From Hyphomicrobiales bacterium (GTDB lineage: Bacteria; Pseudomonadota; Alphaproteobacteria; Rhizobiales; Rhizobiaceae), in contig JAALLE010000008.1 of the NCBI GenBank assembly GCA_011087605.1, forward strand, positions 6,979 through 70,978: a stretch of DNA of 64,000 nucleotides, read 5' to 3'. A model generated the notes under the pieces. The model had not been told where the DNA came from and searched no databases. It saw only the letters and a program-made list of their open reading frames with translations. The position numbers and the translations under genes are program-made. This document shows positions 29,999 to 39,754 of the stretch, in pieces. Each line of letters opens with the position of its first letter. Position 1 is the first letter of the stretch.

Positions 29999-31123
29999 TT
30001 ACTCCACATCCTCAATCTGCTTATCCTCGCCGCTCACCTGATGAGCCAGAGCTGATTCCATAAACGCGTTGAGATCGCCATCCAGAACTGCGGAGGGATT
30101 GGTACTTTCAACTCCGGTACGCAAATCCTTGACCAGCTGATAGGGTTGCAAAACATACGATCGAATCTGGTGTCCCCAGCCAATTTCAGTTTTGTTATCG
30201 TGAGCTGACTGGCTCGCTTCCTCACGTTTTTTGAGTTCCATGTCGTACAAGCGCGCACGCAATGCCTTCATGGCGTTGGCGCGGTTTTGATGTTGTGATT
30301 TTTCCGATGAGGTCACAACTATTCCGGTGGGTGCGTGGGTAATACGAACCGCCGAGTCGGTCGTATTCACGTGCTGGCCACCCGCTCCGGAAGACCGATA
30401 TGTATCGACCCGAATATCTTTGTCCTGAATCTCAATCTCGATATTATCGTCAATCACCGGATAGACCCAAACGGAAGAAAATGATGTGTGGCGACGAGCA
30501 TTTGAATCATAAGGTGAAATTCGCACCAATCGGTGAACTCCACTTTCCGTTTTCAACCATCCATAGGCATTGGGCCCTTTCACCAACACCGTCGCTGCCT
30601 TGATTCCTGCTTCATCTCCGGCAGATGTTGCCTGCACTTCCACTTTGTATCCGTTGCGTTCTGCCCAACGGATATACATGCGCAACAGCATGTTGGCCCA
30701 GTCGTTGGATTCGGTGCCACCGGCACCGGAATGAACCTCAAAATAGGCATCGTTACTGTCGGCCTCACCCGATAACAGGGTTTGAACTTGCCGCTTGCCA
30801 AGATCAGCGTGCAGTTTGCGCAGGGAATCTTCTGCTTCTTCCAGAACGGCTTCGTCTTCTTCGATTTCAGCAAGTTCGATCAAATCTGAAGCGTCACCAA
30901 GCTCCCCTTCAAGCGTATTGATTGAGGTGATTCCGGATTCCAGTTGCTGGCGTTCCTTCATCAGCGCCTGTGCCTTGCCGGCGTCATTCCACAAGTTGGG
31001 GTCTTCGGCGGCATCGTTCAGTTCAACAAGGCGCTTATTTGCTTTCTCCCAGTCCAGATGACGTCGGAGCAGGCTGATGGCCTGAGTGATTTCGTCGGCC
31101 AGAGTCTGCATTTCTGCGCGCAT
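29999..31123 (-). CDS. prfB: Peptide chain release factor 2, encoded without a programmed frameshift
   Basis: 374 aa in one continuous frame. It has the GGQ motif (SGAGGQHVNTTDSAVRITH) and the RF2 block RISPYDSNARRHTSF. The codons at the usual frameshift site read CAT CTG GAC TGG. Confidence 0.95.
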   Translation of the reverse strand: MRAEMQTLADEITQAISLLRRHLDWEKANKRLVELNDAAEDPNLWNDAGKAQALMKERQQLESGITSINTLEGELGDASDLIELAEIEEDEAVLEEAEDSLRKLHADLGKRQVQTLLSGEADSNDAYFEVHSGAGGTESNDWANMLLRMYIRWAERNGYKVEVQATSAGDEAGIKAATVLVKGPNAYGWLKTESGVHRLVRISPYDSNARRHTSFSSVWVYPVIDDNIEIEIQDKDIRVDTYRSSGAGGQHVNTTDSAVRITHAPTGIVVTSSEKSQHQNRANAMKALRARLYDMELKKREEASQSAHDNKTEIGWGHQIRSYVLQPYQLVKDLRTGVESTNPSAVLDGDLNAFMESALAHQVSGEDKQIEDVE

Positions 31124-31354
31124 GGGGAAACTTTCAATAGACTAGATAAGGTGAGGAATACGAATGCGGAAACGATGTGTAAAGGTGTAGCGCTGCATGA
31201 AGTTGGCGATATGATGAGAATACGCATCTCGCGGCTTATGTAGGTTATGTGTTGCTCTCAATCGGCACCCAGATATCAAATTTTGTTTGGGCGATCGATT
31301 AACACATTGATGTGTAGGGCCGCCCGTTAAATGCATGCCGCTTCGTCATTGTGT

Positions 31355-31369
31355 GAACACAAAGGGAAC
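31355..31369. promoter_or_regulatory. Candidate alphaproteobacterial LexA (SOS) box GAAC-N7-GAAC upstream of parE
   Basis: GAACacaaaggGAAC lies 106 bp upstream of the parE ATG. It sits exactly in the 16-nt spacer of a weak promoter-like pair, TTGTGT (31349-54) and TATGGT (31371-76). Confidence 0.35.
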
Positions 31370-31474
31370 ATATGGTCTTGATGCCCTGCCCGACCGCTCG
31401 TATCGCGGCGTATTTTATGGCAGTTTTAGGCAAGGTGATTCGCCTGCAAACCACATCGACATACGGGATCATTA

Positions 31475-33499
31475 ATGGCCGCCGACTTATTCGCAACCAA
31501 TTCAAGCGCTCCACCGCCACGGGCCAAACCGGCATCAAAACCAAAGCCGGGTAAATCCAAGTCCAATGGAGAAGAATATAGCGCTTCAGATATTGAGGTG
31601 CTGGAAGGTCTGGAGCCAGTTCGTCGCCGTCCGGGAATGTATATTGGTGGCACCGATTCCAAAGCGATGCACCACCTGTTTGCAGAAGTCATCGACAATT
31701 CAATGGATGAAGCCGTTGCCGGACATGCAACCTGGATTGAAGTCGATCTGGATGCCGAAGGTTATCTCACCATAACCGACAACGGTCGTGGCATTCCCAT
31801 CGATCCTCATCCCAAATTCAAAAACAAGTCAGCGCTCGAAATTATCATGACCACGCTGCATGCTGGTGGTAAATTTGACGGTAAAGCCTACGAGACATCC
31901 GGCGGGCTTCACGGTGTCGGAATTTCAGTGGTCAACGCATTGTCGGATGATTGCGTCGTAGAAGTTGCTCGAAATCGTCAATTGTACAGACAGAGTTTTT
32001 CGCGGGGCATTGCTCTTGGCGGTGTCGATAAAATTGGCGAAGTCAGCAACCGCCGAGGCACCAAGGTGCGGTTTCATCCCGACCCCGAAATTTTTGGCAA
32101 AAACACAAAGTGTTCATCACTGACTTTGTTCAAGATGGCTCGCTCAAAGGCCTATCTGTTTGGTGGCGTGGAAATTCGCTGGTCCTGCGACCCTTCACTT
32201 GTTTCCGGCAAGGACGAAGTAACCGACAAGGCAGTGTTTCACTTTCCCGGTGGTCTAAATGACTATCTGATGACGACTGTCGGAAAACAGATGCAGGTCA
32301 CAGATCAGCCGTTTTCAGGATCAACCGATAAAAAATCCGGTCACGGCGCTGTCGAATGGGCGATTACCTGGTTCGGTGATGATGGATTTGTCAATTCGTA
32401 CTGCAATACGGTGCCGACCAACGAAGGTGGCACCCATGAAGCCGGTTTAAGGGTGACGCTGACGCGCAGCCTGAAAGCCTATGCCGAGCTGGTTGGCAAT
32501 AAAAAGGGCTCGATAATCACCACTGATGATGTGATGACATCGGCTGCGGCGATGATATCTGCGTTTATTCGTGAGCCGGAATTTGTCGGGCAGACCAAAG
32601 ACAAACTGGCGACTGTTGAAGCCACCCGAATTGTCGAAAACGCCATACGTGATTCATTTGATCATTGGCTTGCCGCCTCACCGGCCCAGTCGGCCAAGCT
32701 GCTGGAATGGGTTGTCGACCGGGCCGATGAACGCATGCGCCGCCGACAGGAAAAGGAAGTCAACCGCAAGAATGCCACGCGCAAATTGCGGCTTCCCGGC
32801 AAACTTGCCGATTGTTCCAAAAGTGCCAAAGGTGGCACCGAGATATTTATCGTCGAAGGAGATTCCGCCGGAGGATCTGCCAAACAGGCGCGGGATCGCA
32901 AGAGTCAGGCCATATTGCCGTTGCGCGGTAAAATATTGAATGTTGCTTCAGCCAGCCGCGATAAAATGGCCAATAGCCAGCAAATTCAGGATCTGGCGCA
33001 GGCTCTGGGCTGTGGCACACGAGGCAAGTTTTCGTTTGATGACCTGCGATATGATCGGGTAATCATCATGACGGATGCTGATGTTGATGGTGCCCATATC
33101 GCATCATTGCTGATCACGTTCTTTCACCAGGAAATGCCAGGCATAATCGAAGGCGGCGCGCTCTATCTGGCGGTGCCACCACTATATAAACTGACCCAGG
33201 GTGGCAAAACGCTATATGCCCGCGACGATCGCCACAAAGACCAGTTGCTGAGCGAAGAGTTTAGCGGCAACAAGAAGGTCGAACTCGGCCGCTTTAAAGG
33301 GTTGGGTGAAATGATGCCGGCCCAATTGAAAGAAACGACAATGGATCCGGAGAAGCGCACGCTTTTGCGCATTGCCATTGATGAACCAGACGCGGCCAAA
33401 CAGTCGATAGACAAATTGATGGGAACCAAACCGGAAAAGCGATTTGTGTTCATCCAGGAAAATGCCCAGTTCGCTAGCGACGAACTGATCGATGTTTAG
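31475..33499 (+). CDS. parE: DNA topoisomerase IV subunit B
   Basis: 674 aa. It has a GHKL ATPase (EVIDNSMDEA, GGLHGVG) and a Toprim domain (EIFIVEGDSAGGSAKQ, IIMTDADVDGAHI). The length, and the lack of the long GyrB C-terminal insertion, favour ParE. The low-complexity N-terminal extension also looks ParE-like, as I recall for alphaproteobacteria. Confidence 0.85.
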   Translation: MAADLFATNSSAPPPRAKPASKPKPGKSKSNGEEYSASDIEVLEGLEPVRRRPGMYIGGTDSKAMHHLFAEVIDNSMDEAVAGHATWIEVDLDAEGYLTITDNGRGIPIDPHPKFKNKSALEIIMTTLHAGGKFDGKAYETSGGLHGVGISVVNALSDDCVVEVARNRQLYRQSFSRGIALGGVDKIGEVSNRRGTKVRFHPDPEIFGKNTKCSSLTLFKMARSKAYLFGGVEIRWSCDPSLVSGKDEVTDKAVFHFPGGLNDYLMTTVGKQMQVTDQPFSGSTDKKSGHGAVEWAITWFGDDGFVNSYCNTVPTNEGGTHEAGLRVTLTRSLKAYAELVGNKKGSIITTDDVMTSAAAMISAFIREPEFVGQTKDKLATVEATRIVENAIRDSFDHWLAASPAQSAKLLEWVVDRADERMRRRQEKEVNRKNATRKLRLPGKLADCSKSAKGGTEIFIVEGDSAGGSAKQARDRKSQAILPLRGKILNVASASRDKMANSQQIQDLAQALGCGTRGKFSFDDLRYDRVIIMTDADVDGAHIASLLITFFHQEMPGIIEGGALYLAVPPLYKLTQGGKTLYARDDRHKDQLLSEEFSGNKKVELGRFKGLGEMMPAQLKETTMDPEKRTLLRIAIDEPDAAKQSIDKLMGTKPEKRFVFIQENAQFASDELIDV

Positions 33500-33622
33500 G
33501 CCAAAATTTGCTGTTGTGGTGACGCGTGGTCAGCCCACACCATGCAATCACCGGGTGTTGGTCGCGCTGGAGTTTGATCGGAGCCGCTTTAACCTTGAGT
33601 GAATTGGTTGGTCGGTGGTTTC

Positions 33623-33651
33623 TTGACAAAGGCCGCCTTATTACGTATCGC
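33623..33651 (+). promoter_or_regulatory. Possible sigma-70 promoter of the DEAD-box helicase gene
   Basis: TTGACA (33623-28), a 17-nt spacer, then TATCGC (33646-51). This would leave a roughly 100-nt leader. The -10 element is weak. Confidence 0.25.
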
Positions 33652-33759
33652 CCCTTCATGACCGTCTGGCGCGATGCAGTTTGGGAGCGCCACTAGCGGA
33701 AAACCATTGGGTATTTCTGCCCGCATTCAACGCAAATCAGTCGAAAAGACAAACACTGT

Positions 33760-35232
33760 ATGACATTTACTGAATTAGGACTTAGTCCGAAAGTGCTCGC
33801 AGCCGTGGATGCTGCTGGCTATAGCTCGCCTACTCCCATCCAGGAACAGGCTATTCCTCACGTATTGCAACGCCGTGATGTCATGGGCATTGCCCAGACC
33901 GGCACCGGCAAAACGGCAGCTTTTGTTCTGCCGATGATATCCATGTCGGAAAAAGGCCGTGCCCGCGCACGCATGCCCCGCACATTGATACTCGAGCCAG
34001 CGCGCGAACTCGCAGCCCAGGTTGAAGAGAATTTCATCAAATACAGCGTCAACCACAAATTGAATGTTGCATTGCTGATCGGTGGCGTGTCCTTCGAGGA
34101 TCAGATGCGAAAACTGGACCGGGGTGCGGACGTTTTGATCGCAACACCAGGTCGGTTGCTTGACTTGTTCGAGCGCGGACGCATTTTGATGAATGGTGTT
34201 GAAATTCTGGTCATCGACGAAGCAGACAGAATGTTGGATATGGGATTCATTCCCGACATTGAGCGCATTGTTAAAATGGTGCCATTTACACGCCAGACTT
34301 TGTTTTTCTCTGCCACCATGCCACCGATTATCGAAAAGCTGGCCGATCAGTTTTTGCAAAATCCTGTTCAGGTTGCGGTCGCGGCCGCCGCCTCGACATC
34401 CGAAACCATTGAACAAAAACTGGTGCGTGCTCCACGCAAGGATTACGAAAAACGCGCTGTCTTGCGCGGTCTTATTGACGGCGCTGAAAATCTCAACAAC
34501 GGAATTATCTTCTGCAACCGCAAGCGAGATGTCGCAACGCTTTATAATTCGCTGCAAAAACGCGATTATTCAGTCGGTTCTTTGCATGGTGACATGGACC
34601 AGACCTCCCGTACCAAAACACTGACGGGTTTTCGCGATGGCGACATTAAATTGCTGGTCGCCAGTGATGTAGCGGCGCGCGGTTTGGATATTCCCGACGT
34701 TTCTCACGTATTCAATTATGACGTTCCAACTCATGCTGAAGATTACGTGCACCGGATTGGGCGCTGCGGACGCGCCGGGCGCGATGGCTGGGCATTCACC
34801 ATGGCAACCAATGCTGATGATAAATATGTCAAAGCGATTGCCGACCTGACCGGTGACGATATTGAGTGGGCAACTGCAGAAAAAACTTCATCTACCGAAA
34901 CTGATGAAGATGCCAAGAAGCCAACCCGCCGACGCACCAAAAAGGCATCAGATGCAGTGGTGCCTTCCAACGAGTCCAGTGAAAAGGCCACGAGAAATAC
35001 GCGACGTCCTCGCGCAGCCAAGCAGACTGAGGAAGATATTGCGCCGGTGCCAACCGCCAAGCAAACCGCAGAAAAATCCCCTGCCACTTCTCGTTCGTCG
35101 CCACCAAAGAGCGACGAAAAGAAAAAATCCCGCCGCAAGAAAAAATCTGACAATGATGATGATTCCACACCTCAGGGTCTTGGTGATCACGTACCGGCAT
35201 TCTTGCTTCAATCAACACGCGGACTGGGTTGA
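33760..35232 (+). CDS. DEAD-box ATP-dependent RNA helicase (RhlE-like) with basic C-terminal tail
   Basis: It has a Q-motif region, AQTGTGKT, VIDEADRMLD, SAT, and HRIGRCGRAG. The Lys/Arg-rich tail is KKKSRRKKKS. Confidence 0.92.
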   Translation: MTFTELGLSPKVLAAVDAAGYSSPTPIQEQAIPHVLQRRDVMGIAQTGTGKTAAFVLPMISMSEKGRARARMPRTLILEPARELAAQVEENFIKYSVNHKLNVALLIGGVSFEDQMRKLDRGADVLIATPGRLLDLFERGRILMNGVEILVIDEADRMLDMGFIPDIERIVKMVPFTRQTLFFSATMPPIIEKLADQFLQNPVQVAVAAAASTSETIEQKLVRAPRKDYEKRAVLRGLIDGAENLNNGIIFCNRKRDVATLYNSLQKRDYSVGSLHGDMDQTSRTKTLTGFRDGDIKLLVASDVAARGLDIPDVSHVFNYDVPTHAEDYVHRIGRCGRAGRDGWAFTMATNADDKYVKAIADLTGDDIEWATAEKTSSTETDEDAKKPTRRRTKKASDAVVPSNESSEKATRNTRRPRAAKQTEEDIAPVPTAKQTAEKSPATSRSSPPKSDEKKKSRRKKKSDNDDDSTPQGLGDHVPAFLLQSTRGLG

Positions 35233-35288
35233 ATTCAAAGAACGGCCCTGGAGCAGCACACTTTGCTTGATCGGTAAGAGCGCCGCAC

Positions 35289-35645
35289 TTAAAATTCCTT
35301 CAGCTTGCGCTGTTTTAGCGGTTTGGCTTGATCAGCCCGACAGGCGGCCTCAAAAGCTTTTTGCGCCCAGGGTTTGAACTCCTCCGGGTCGTCCAATAGC
35401 CGCTCCGGCACAGACCAGTAGCTCATGGTCACCGCTTTTCCATTGTTTCTCTTATATTCCCAGGGGGTCATGCCTTCTGCAACGAAATCGGCAATGGTCT
35501 GCTCATCCGCCTTTAGCCGCAATTGGCCATCCATAATGCCTGCAAAGTTCAGGCCTCGGTAAAATATGCCGACACCACCAAACATTTTGCGAATTGTCAC
35601 ATCGCCAAACGGGGCGAAAAGTTCGCTTAGAAAATCCTTGTCCAT
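35289..35645 (-). CDS. TfoX N-terminal domain protein
   Basis: 118 aa with the pattern KMFGGVGIFYRGLNFAGIMDGQLRLKAD, typical of the TfoX/Sxy N-domain. Confidence 0.75.
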   Translation of the reverse strand: MDKDFLSELFAPFGDVTIRKMFGGVGIFYRGLNFAGIMDGQLRLKADEQTIADFVAEGMTPWEYKRNNGKAVTMSYWSVPERLLDDPEEFKPWAQKAFEAACRADQAKPLKQRKLKEF

Positions 35646-35670
35646 GGTGTCGATTGCCTCCTGGTGTCGT

Positions 35671-36855
35671 TCAGGTCAGCCAGTCCTTCATTCGCTGCAG
35701 CGCTGATTTCATAGTCTTGGTGTCGCCGGCAAATGAAAACCGCAGATAACGATGGCCCCTGCCCTGATCGAAGTCCAGACCTGGCGTTACTGCTACATGA
35801 GCCTGATCCAGCATTTGCCTGGCAAATTCCATCGTATCGTTGGTGTGGCGGGTTGCGTCTGCATAGGCATAAAATGCCCCGTCAATGGGCAGAATCTTTT
35901 CAAACCCGATTTTTGGCAACTCTTCCAACAATAGTTGACGATTTGCCAGATAAGACAACCGAACCTGCTCCAGTTCCCGTTGACAATCCAGGGCATGCAT
36001 CGCAGCAACCTGAGACATCTCCGGAGCAGAGATATACAAGCTTTGCGACAACCGTTCTACCGACCTCACACAATCCTGGGGCAAAATCATCCATCCAACG
36101 CGCCAGCCAGTCATGCAATAATATTTGGAAAACGAATTGATGACGATGACCTTGTCGCTGTATTGCAGCGCGGTGGCTTCTTCCACGCCGGTTGCTTCGG
36201 CGTAAGTTAGACCGTGATAGATCTCATCTGAAATGAAACGCACACCAAGATCTTCGCAACAGTCTATCAATTCGTGCAGCGCCTTTGGTGTCATCATCGT
36301 GCCGGTTGGATTGGCGGGGCTGGCAATCAATATGCCGGCAAGCGGCTTTTCGCGATGGACCTGCGTCACCTGGTGCGGCGTCACGGCCCAGCGATCTTCC
36401 CCATGGGTTTCGATCTCAATTACTTCGAGGCCCAATGATTTCAGAATGTTGCGATAGGCAGGGTACCCCGGTGCAGCGATAGCGACACGGTCTCCAACGT
36501 CAAATAATGACAGAAATGCCAGCGTGAATCCTGCTGACGAACCCGTCGTAATGAATACCCGGTCTGCATCCACCGTCACGTTGTAGGTATCCAGCATGTG
36601 CACGGCCAGACGTTCGCGCAGGTCGCGGCGCCCTGCCGCGTCGGTGTATCCAATGGCACCGTTCTCCATCAATTCTGCGGCGGCACGTCGAGCGGCCAAG
36701 GGCGCCTGAGCGGCGGGTTGACCGACACAAAGGAAATCTATTTCGGCCCCGTTTTTCTGCATCTGGTTGGCCGATGCGAGAACGTCCATTGCATGGAATG
36801 GCTCGACCTGCGAGCGGATAGACAAAAAGTGATTTGCATTCGGGCCTTCGGTCAT
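35671..36855 (-). CDS. Class I/II PLP-dependent aminotransferase (aspartate/aromatic type)
   Basis: 394 aa. It has the PLP lysine block NSFSKYYCMTGWRVGW and an ANPTG motif. Confidence 0.88.
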   Translation of the reverse strand: MTEGPNANHFLSIRSQVEPFHAMDVLASANQMQKNGAEIDFLCVGQPAAQAPLAARRAAAELMENGAIGYTDAAGRRDLRERLAVHMLDTYNVTVDADRVFITTGSSAGFTLAFLSLFDVGDRVAIAAPGYPAYRNILKSLGLEVIEIETHGEDRWAVTPHQVTQVHREKPLAGILIASPANPTGTMMTPKALHELIDCCEDLGVRFISDEIYHGLTYAEATGVEEATALQYSDKVIVINSFSKYYCMTGWRVGWMILPQDCVRSVERLSQSLYISAPEMSQVAAMHALDCQRELEQVRLSYLANRQLLLEELPKIGFEKILPIDGAFYAYADATRHTNDTMEFARQMLDQAHVAVTPGLDFDQGRGHRYLRFSFAGDTKTMKSALQRMKDWLT

Positions 36856-36915
36856 CGAAACGCCTCATTACATGTTTGGTGTGACAGTGCTAAAAAGAAG
36901 CGCTAAACACCAAAT

Positions 36916-38340
36916 ATGCTGCTGGCAAGTCCCGGTGCATCACAGAGAAACGAGTACGACTTGAAAACATCTGAATTTCAGCGATGTAAATTTCCTGCAG
37001 CGATCATCCTTGCGTTGGTGTTGGTGCTGCCAAGTCTGTTTCCTCAATCGGCAGAAGCCCAGCGACGCGGCATCTCCTTGATTCGCGACGCTGAAATCGA
37101 AGCCCTGGTCAAAGACTATGCCCGACCGTTGATGAGGGCCGCGGGACTACGCGCTGGATCGATTCGATTTCAAATCGTCAATGATGGCGGTTTTAATGCC
37201 TTTGTAAGTGGGCGCGGCCTGTACTTGAACACCGGACTGCTGCTTCAGGCCGAAGACCCCAATGAAGTAATCGGTGTTATTGCTCACGAGCTCGGCCACA
37301 TAATCGGTGGACATCAGGTACGCCTGCGGGAGCGCATAGATAATGCCTCGCGTATTGCCCGCTGGACCACTTTGTTGGGGATTGGTTTGGGTGCCGCAGG
37401 TGCAGCTTCGGGAAACAGTCAGGTTGGCAGCGCTGGATTTGGGATTGCCGCAAGCAGCGGAAATTTTGCTCTGCGTGATGTATTGCGCTACCAGCGAAAT
37501 GAAGAAACTTCAGCTGACAGGGTTGCCGTCAAGCTGCTTAAGTCGACCAAACAATCAGGCCAGGGAATGCTTAATACATTTAAGCGCCTGGCCAGAAACA
37601 CCAACGTGCTGAGCGGTCGTATCGACCCCTATTTGCGCAGCCACCCAACACCCAATCAGCGCATTACGAATTTACGCTCGATCGTTCAGTCAAGCCCATA
37701 TTTCAATCAGAAAACCAGCAGCAGCCTGCGCAAGCGCCATGATATGGTGCGTGCGAAAATAGCTGCCTATATTGGTGGTTCTCGCTATGCCAAAGCTGTG
37801 CTGGCCGATAAGAAACTGCATCCCGATGCACAGCTTTACGGACGCGCCATTCTCGCCCATCTTTATGGCTCTCCAAAGCGCGCTGTTCCGCTGATCAACA
37901 AGCTGCTGAAAACCAACTCAAAAAACGCCTACATCCATGAGATGTTAGGAGAAATTATGCTGCGATCGGGCAAAGCCAGCCTTGCAGCAACCTCCTTTCG
38001 TAAAGCACTAAAAAATGACCGGACAAAGTCCGGATATATCCGTATTGAACTTGGGCACGCATTGGTGGAATCCGGCAAGCGCGAAAATCTTGACGAGGCA
38101 ATTGTTCAGTTGAACAAGGGTCTGGCCCGTGATCGTACCGCTATTGCCGGTTATCAATATCTGGCTATCGCTTATGGTCGCAAAGGCGAAACTTCCAAAG
38201 CGCTTCTGGCTTCCGCCGACTATGCGCTGCGAACCGGAAAACGCGACCAGGCCAAAGAATATGCACAACGCGCGCAGTTGAAATTCAAGCGGGGATCACC
38301 CGGCTGGCTTCGCGCACAGGATATAATAACTTTTAAATGA
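36916..38340 (+). CDS. M48 family metalloprotease with C-terminal TPR region (BepA/YfgC-like)
   Basis: It has a signal-like N-terminus, the HExxH motif in IAHELGHIIGGH, and a TPR-like C-terminal half. Confidence 0.85.
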   Translation: MLLASPGASQRNEYDLKTSEFQRCKFPAAIILALVLVLPSLFPQSAEAQRRGISLIRDAEIEALVKDYARPLMRAAGLRAGSIRFQIVNDGGFNAFVSGRGLYLNTGLLLQAEDPNEVIGVIAHELGHIIGGHQVRLRERIDNASRIARWTTLLGIGLGAAGAASGNSQVGSAGFGIAASSGNFALRDVLRYQRNEETSADRVAVKLLKSTKQSGQGMLNTFKRLARNTNVLSGRIDPYLRSHPTPNQRITNLRSIVQSSPYFNQKTSSSLRKRHDMVRAKIAAYIGGSRYAKAVLADKKLHPDAQLYGRAILAHLYGSPKRAVPLINKLLKTNSKNAYIHEMLGEIMLRSGKASLAATSFRKALKNDRTKSGYIRIELGHALVESGKRENLDEAIVQLNKGLARDRTAIAGYQYLAIAYGRKGETSKALLASADYALRTGKRDQAKEYAQRAQLKFKRGSPGWLRAQDIITFK

Positions 38341-38383
38341 GACGTTGAGCCTCAGAAATCGAATCGAAGAACGGATATCTAAT

Positions 38384-39154
38384 ATGATCGGTAGGAAAAT
38401 TCTCAAGACGGCGGCCGCTGCACTGTTGGGTACATTTTTGTTGTTTCCAGCGACATCCGGCCAGGCATTTGATCCTGCGGACCGTCCGGAGATTGAAAAG
38501 ATCATTCGTGAATATCTGTTGACCAACCCCCAATTGATGCTGGAAGTACAGCAGGCCCTGGAAGTTCAACAGCGCGAGGAAGCCGCCCGTCGCGCCGCAG
38601 AAGCGCTTGCCAAAAATTCCGATGTTATCTTCAACTCACCAAACCAGGGGGTTATCGGCAATGCCAAGGGTGATGTCACCGTCGTTGAATTCTTCGACTA
38701 CAATTGCGGTTTCTGCCAAAGAGCAATGAACGACATGAATGCGCTTTTGGCAGATGACAAAAAGTTGAAATTTGTCATGAAAGAACTGCCAATTCTGAGC
38801 GAAGGCTCGGTTGAAGCCAGTCGCATCTCCACAGCTGTTTACCGTCTGTTTCCCGAAAAATATGCAGAATTTCACAATGCCTTGCTTGGCAGTCCGGGCC
38901 AAAAGGATGGCAACAGAGCATTGCGGGTTGCGCAATCCATGAAATTGGATGTGGACGCCATCAACGCTGAAGCTCAAAAGAACGATATTCTGGGCGCCTT
39001 CCGCGAAGCCAATGAACTGGCAAACAGCCTGGGTATCAACGGCACGCCATCCTATGTGATTGGCGATGAAGTTGTCTTCGGCGCTCTGGGTCAGGAAGTC
39101 TTGCGCGAAAAGATTGATAACGTGCGCAAATGCGGCAAAACCGTGTGTATTTAA
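38384..39154 (+). CDS. Periplasmic DsbA-family thiol:disulfide oxidoreductase
   Basis: It has the signal peptide MIGRKILKTAAAALLGTFLLFPATSGQA and the CxxC motif FDYNCGFCQ. The track ORF starts at TTG 38345. Confidence 0.85.
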   Translation: MIGRKILKTAAAALLGTFLLFPATSGQAFDPADRPEIEKIIREYLLTNPQLMLEVQQALEVQQREEAARRAAEALAKNSDVIFNSPNQGVIGNAKGDVTVVEFFDYNCGFCQRAMNDMNALLADDKKLKFVMKELPILSEGSVEASRISTAVYRLFPEKYAEFHNALLGSPGQKDGNRALRVAQSMKLDVDAINAEAQKNDILGAFREANELANSLGINGTPSYVIGDEVVFGALGQEVLREKIDNVRKCGKTVCI

Positions 39155-39213
39155 CGCTATTTGGCGAATTATTATCGACCGCAGGTTATTGATGTGGCAA
39201 TGACAGCCTGTGG

Positions 39214-39233
39214 GAGCGAAATTCGCTCGTTTT
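39214..39233 (+). terminator. Weak intrinsic terminator candidate after the dsbA-like gene
   Basis: GAGCG-aaatt-CGCTC followed by GTTTTAT. The stem is only 5 bp. Confidence 0.3.
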
Positions 39234-39251
39234 ATGAGTTAGTCCGGTATC

Positions 39252-39710
39252 ATGGCTTCGGGAATTACAAAACCAATTTATGTGCTTAGCGGCCCTAATC
39301 TGAACTTGCTGGGTCAACGGCAACCAGGGGTTTATGGAGCAAAATCTCTGGCTGATGTCGAAGGTGAATGTCGATCCTTTGCTGCACAAAATGGCTTTGA
39401 AATAATCTGCCACCAAAGCAATCACGAAGGTGATCTGGTAAGTTGGATCCATGAAGCAGGAAATGAAGGCAGCGCGGTCGCAATGAATGCCGGCGCCTAC
39501 ACCCATACCTCGGTGGCCTTATATGATGCAATCAAAGGGGTCGATATACCGGTCGTTGAAGTTCACATTTCAAATATCCATGCTCGTGAGGCTTTCAGAC
39601 ACCATTCGATGATTGCCTCTGCCTGTCTGGGGCAAGTTTGTGGTTTTGGAACAAATAGCTATACACTTGCGCTGCGGGCGCTGGCTGACCACTTGGACAG
39701 CACGACATAA
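39252..39710 (+). CDS. aroQ: Type II 3-dehydroquinate dehydratase
   Basis: 152 aa with the motifs LSGPNLNLLGQRQPGVYG and HISNIHAREAFRHHS. Confidence 0.95.
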   Translation: MASGITKPIYVLSGPNLNLLGQRQPGVYGAKSLADVEGECRSFAAQNGFEIICHQSNHEGDLVSWIHEAGNEGSAVAMNAGAYTHTSVALYDAIKGVDIPVVEVHISNIHAREAFRHHSMIASACLGQVCGFGTNSYTLALRALADHLDSTT

Positions 39711-39754
39711 ACTGAAAACCTGTACAGCAGGTCACAATAAGGGGCGAGCCCAAA

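Noticed and set aside
31124-31474. Small ORFs (31142..31336, 31299..31544, 31372..31554) or an sRNA in the 351-bp prfB-parE spacer
   Set aside because: The ORFs have odd composition, no Shine-Dalgarno sequences, and overlap each other. I see no terminator-flanked hairpin suggesting an sRNA. Only the GAAC-N7-GAAC site seemed worth reporting.
33775-34557. 260-aa minus-strand ORF
   Set aside because: It is antisense to the DEAD-box helicase, whose motifs are unambiguous. It is a shadow ORF.
35289-35645. TfoX as a marker of a natural competence system
   Set aside because: Only the 118-aa N-terminal TfoX domain is present, and there are no com or pil genes nearby. Such stand-alone proteins are, as far as I know, common and of unclear function.
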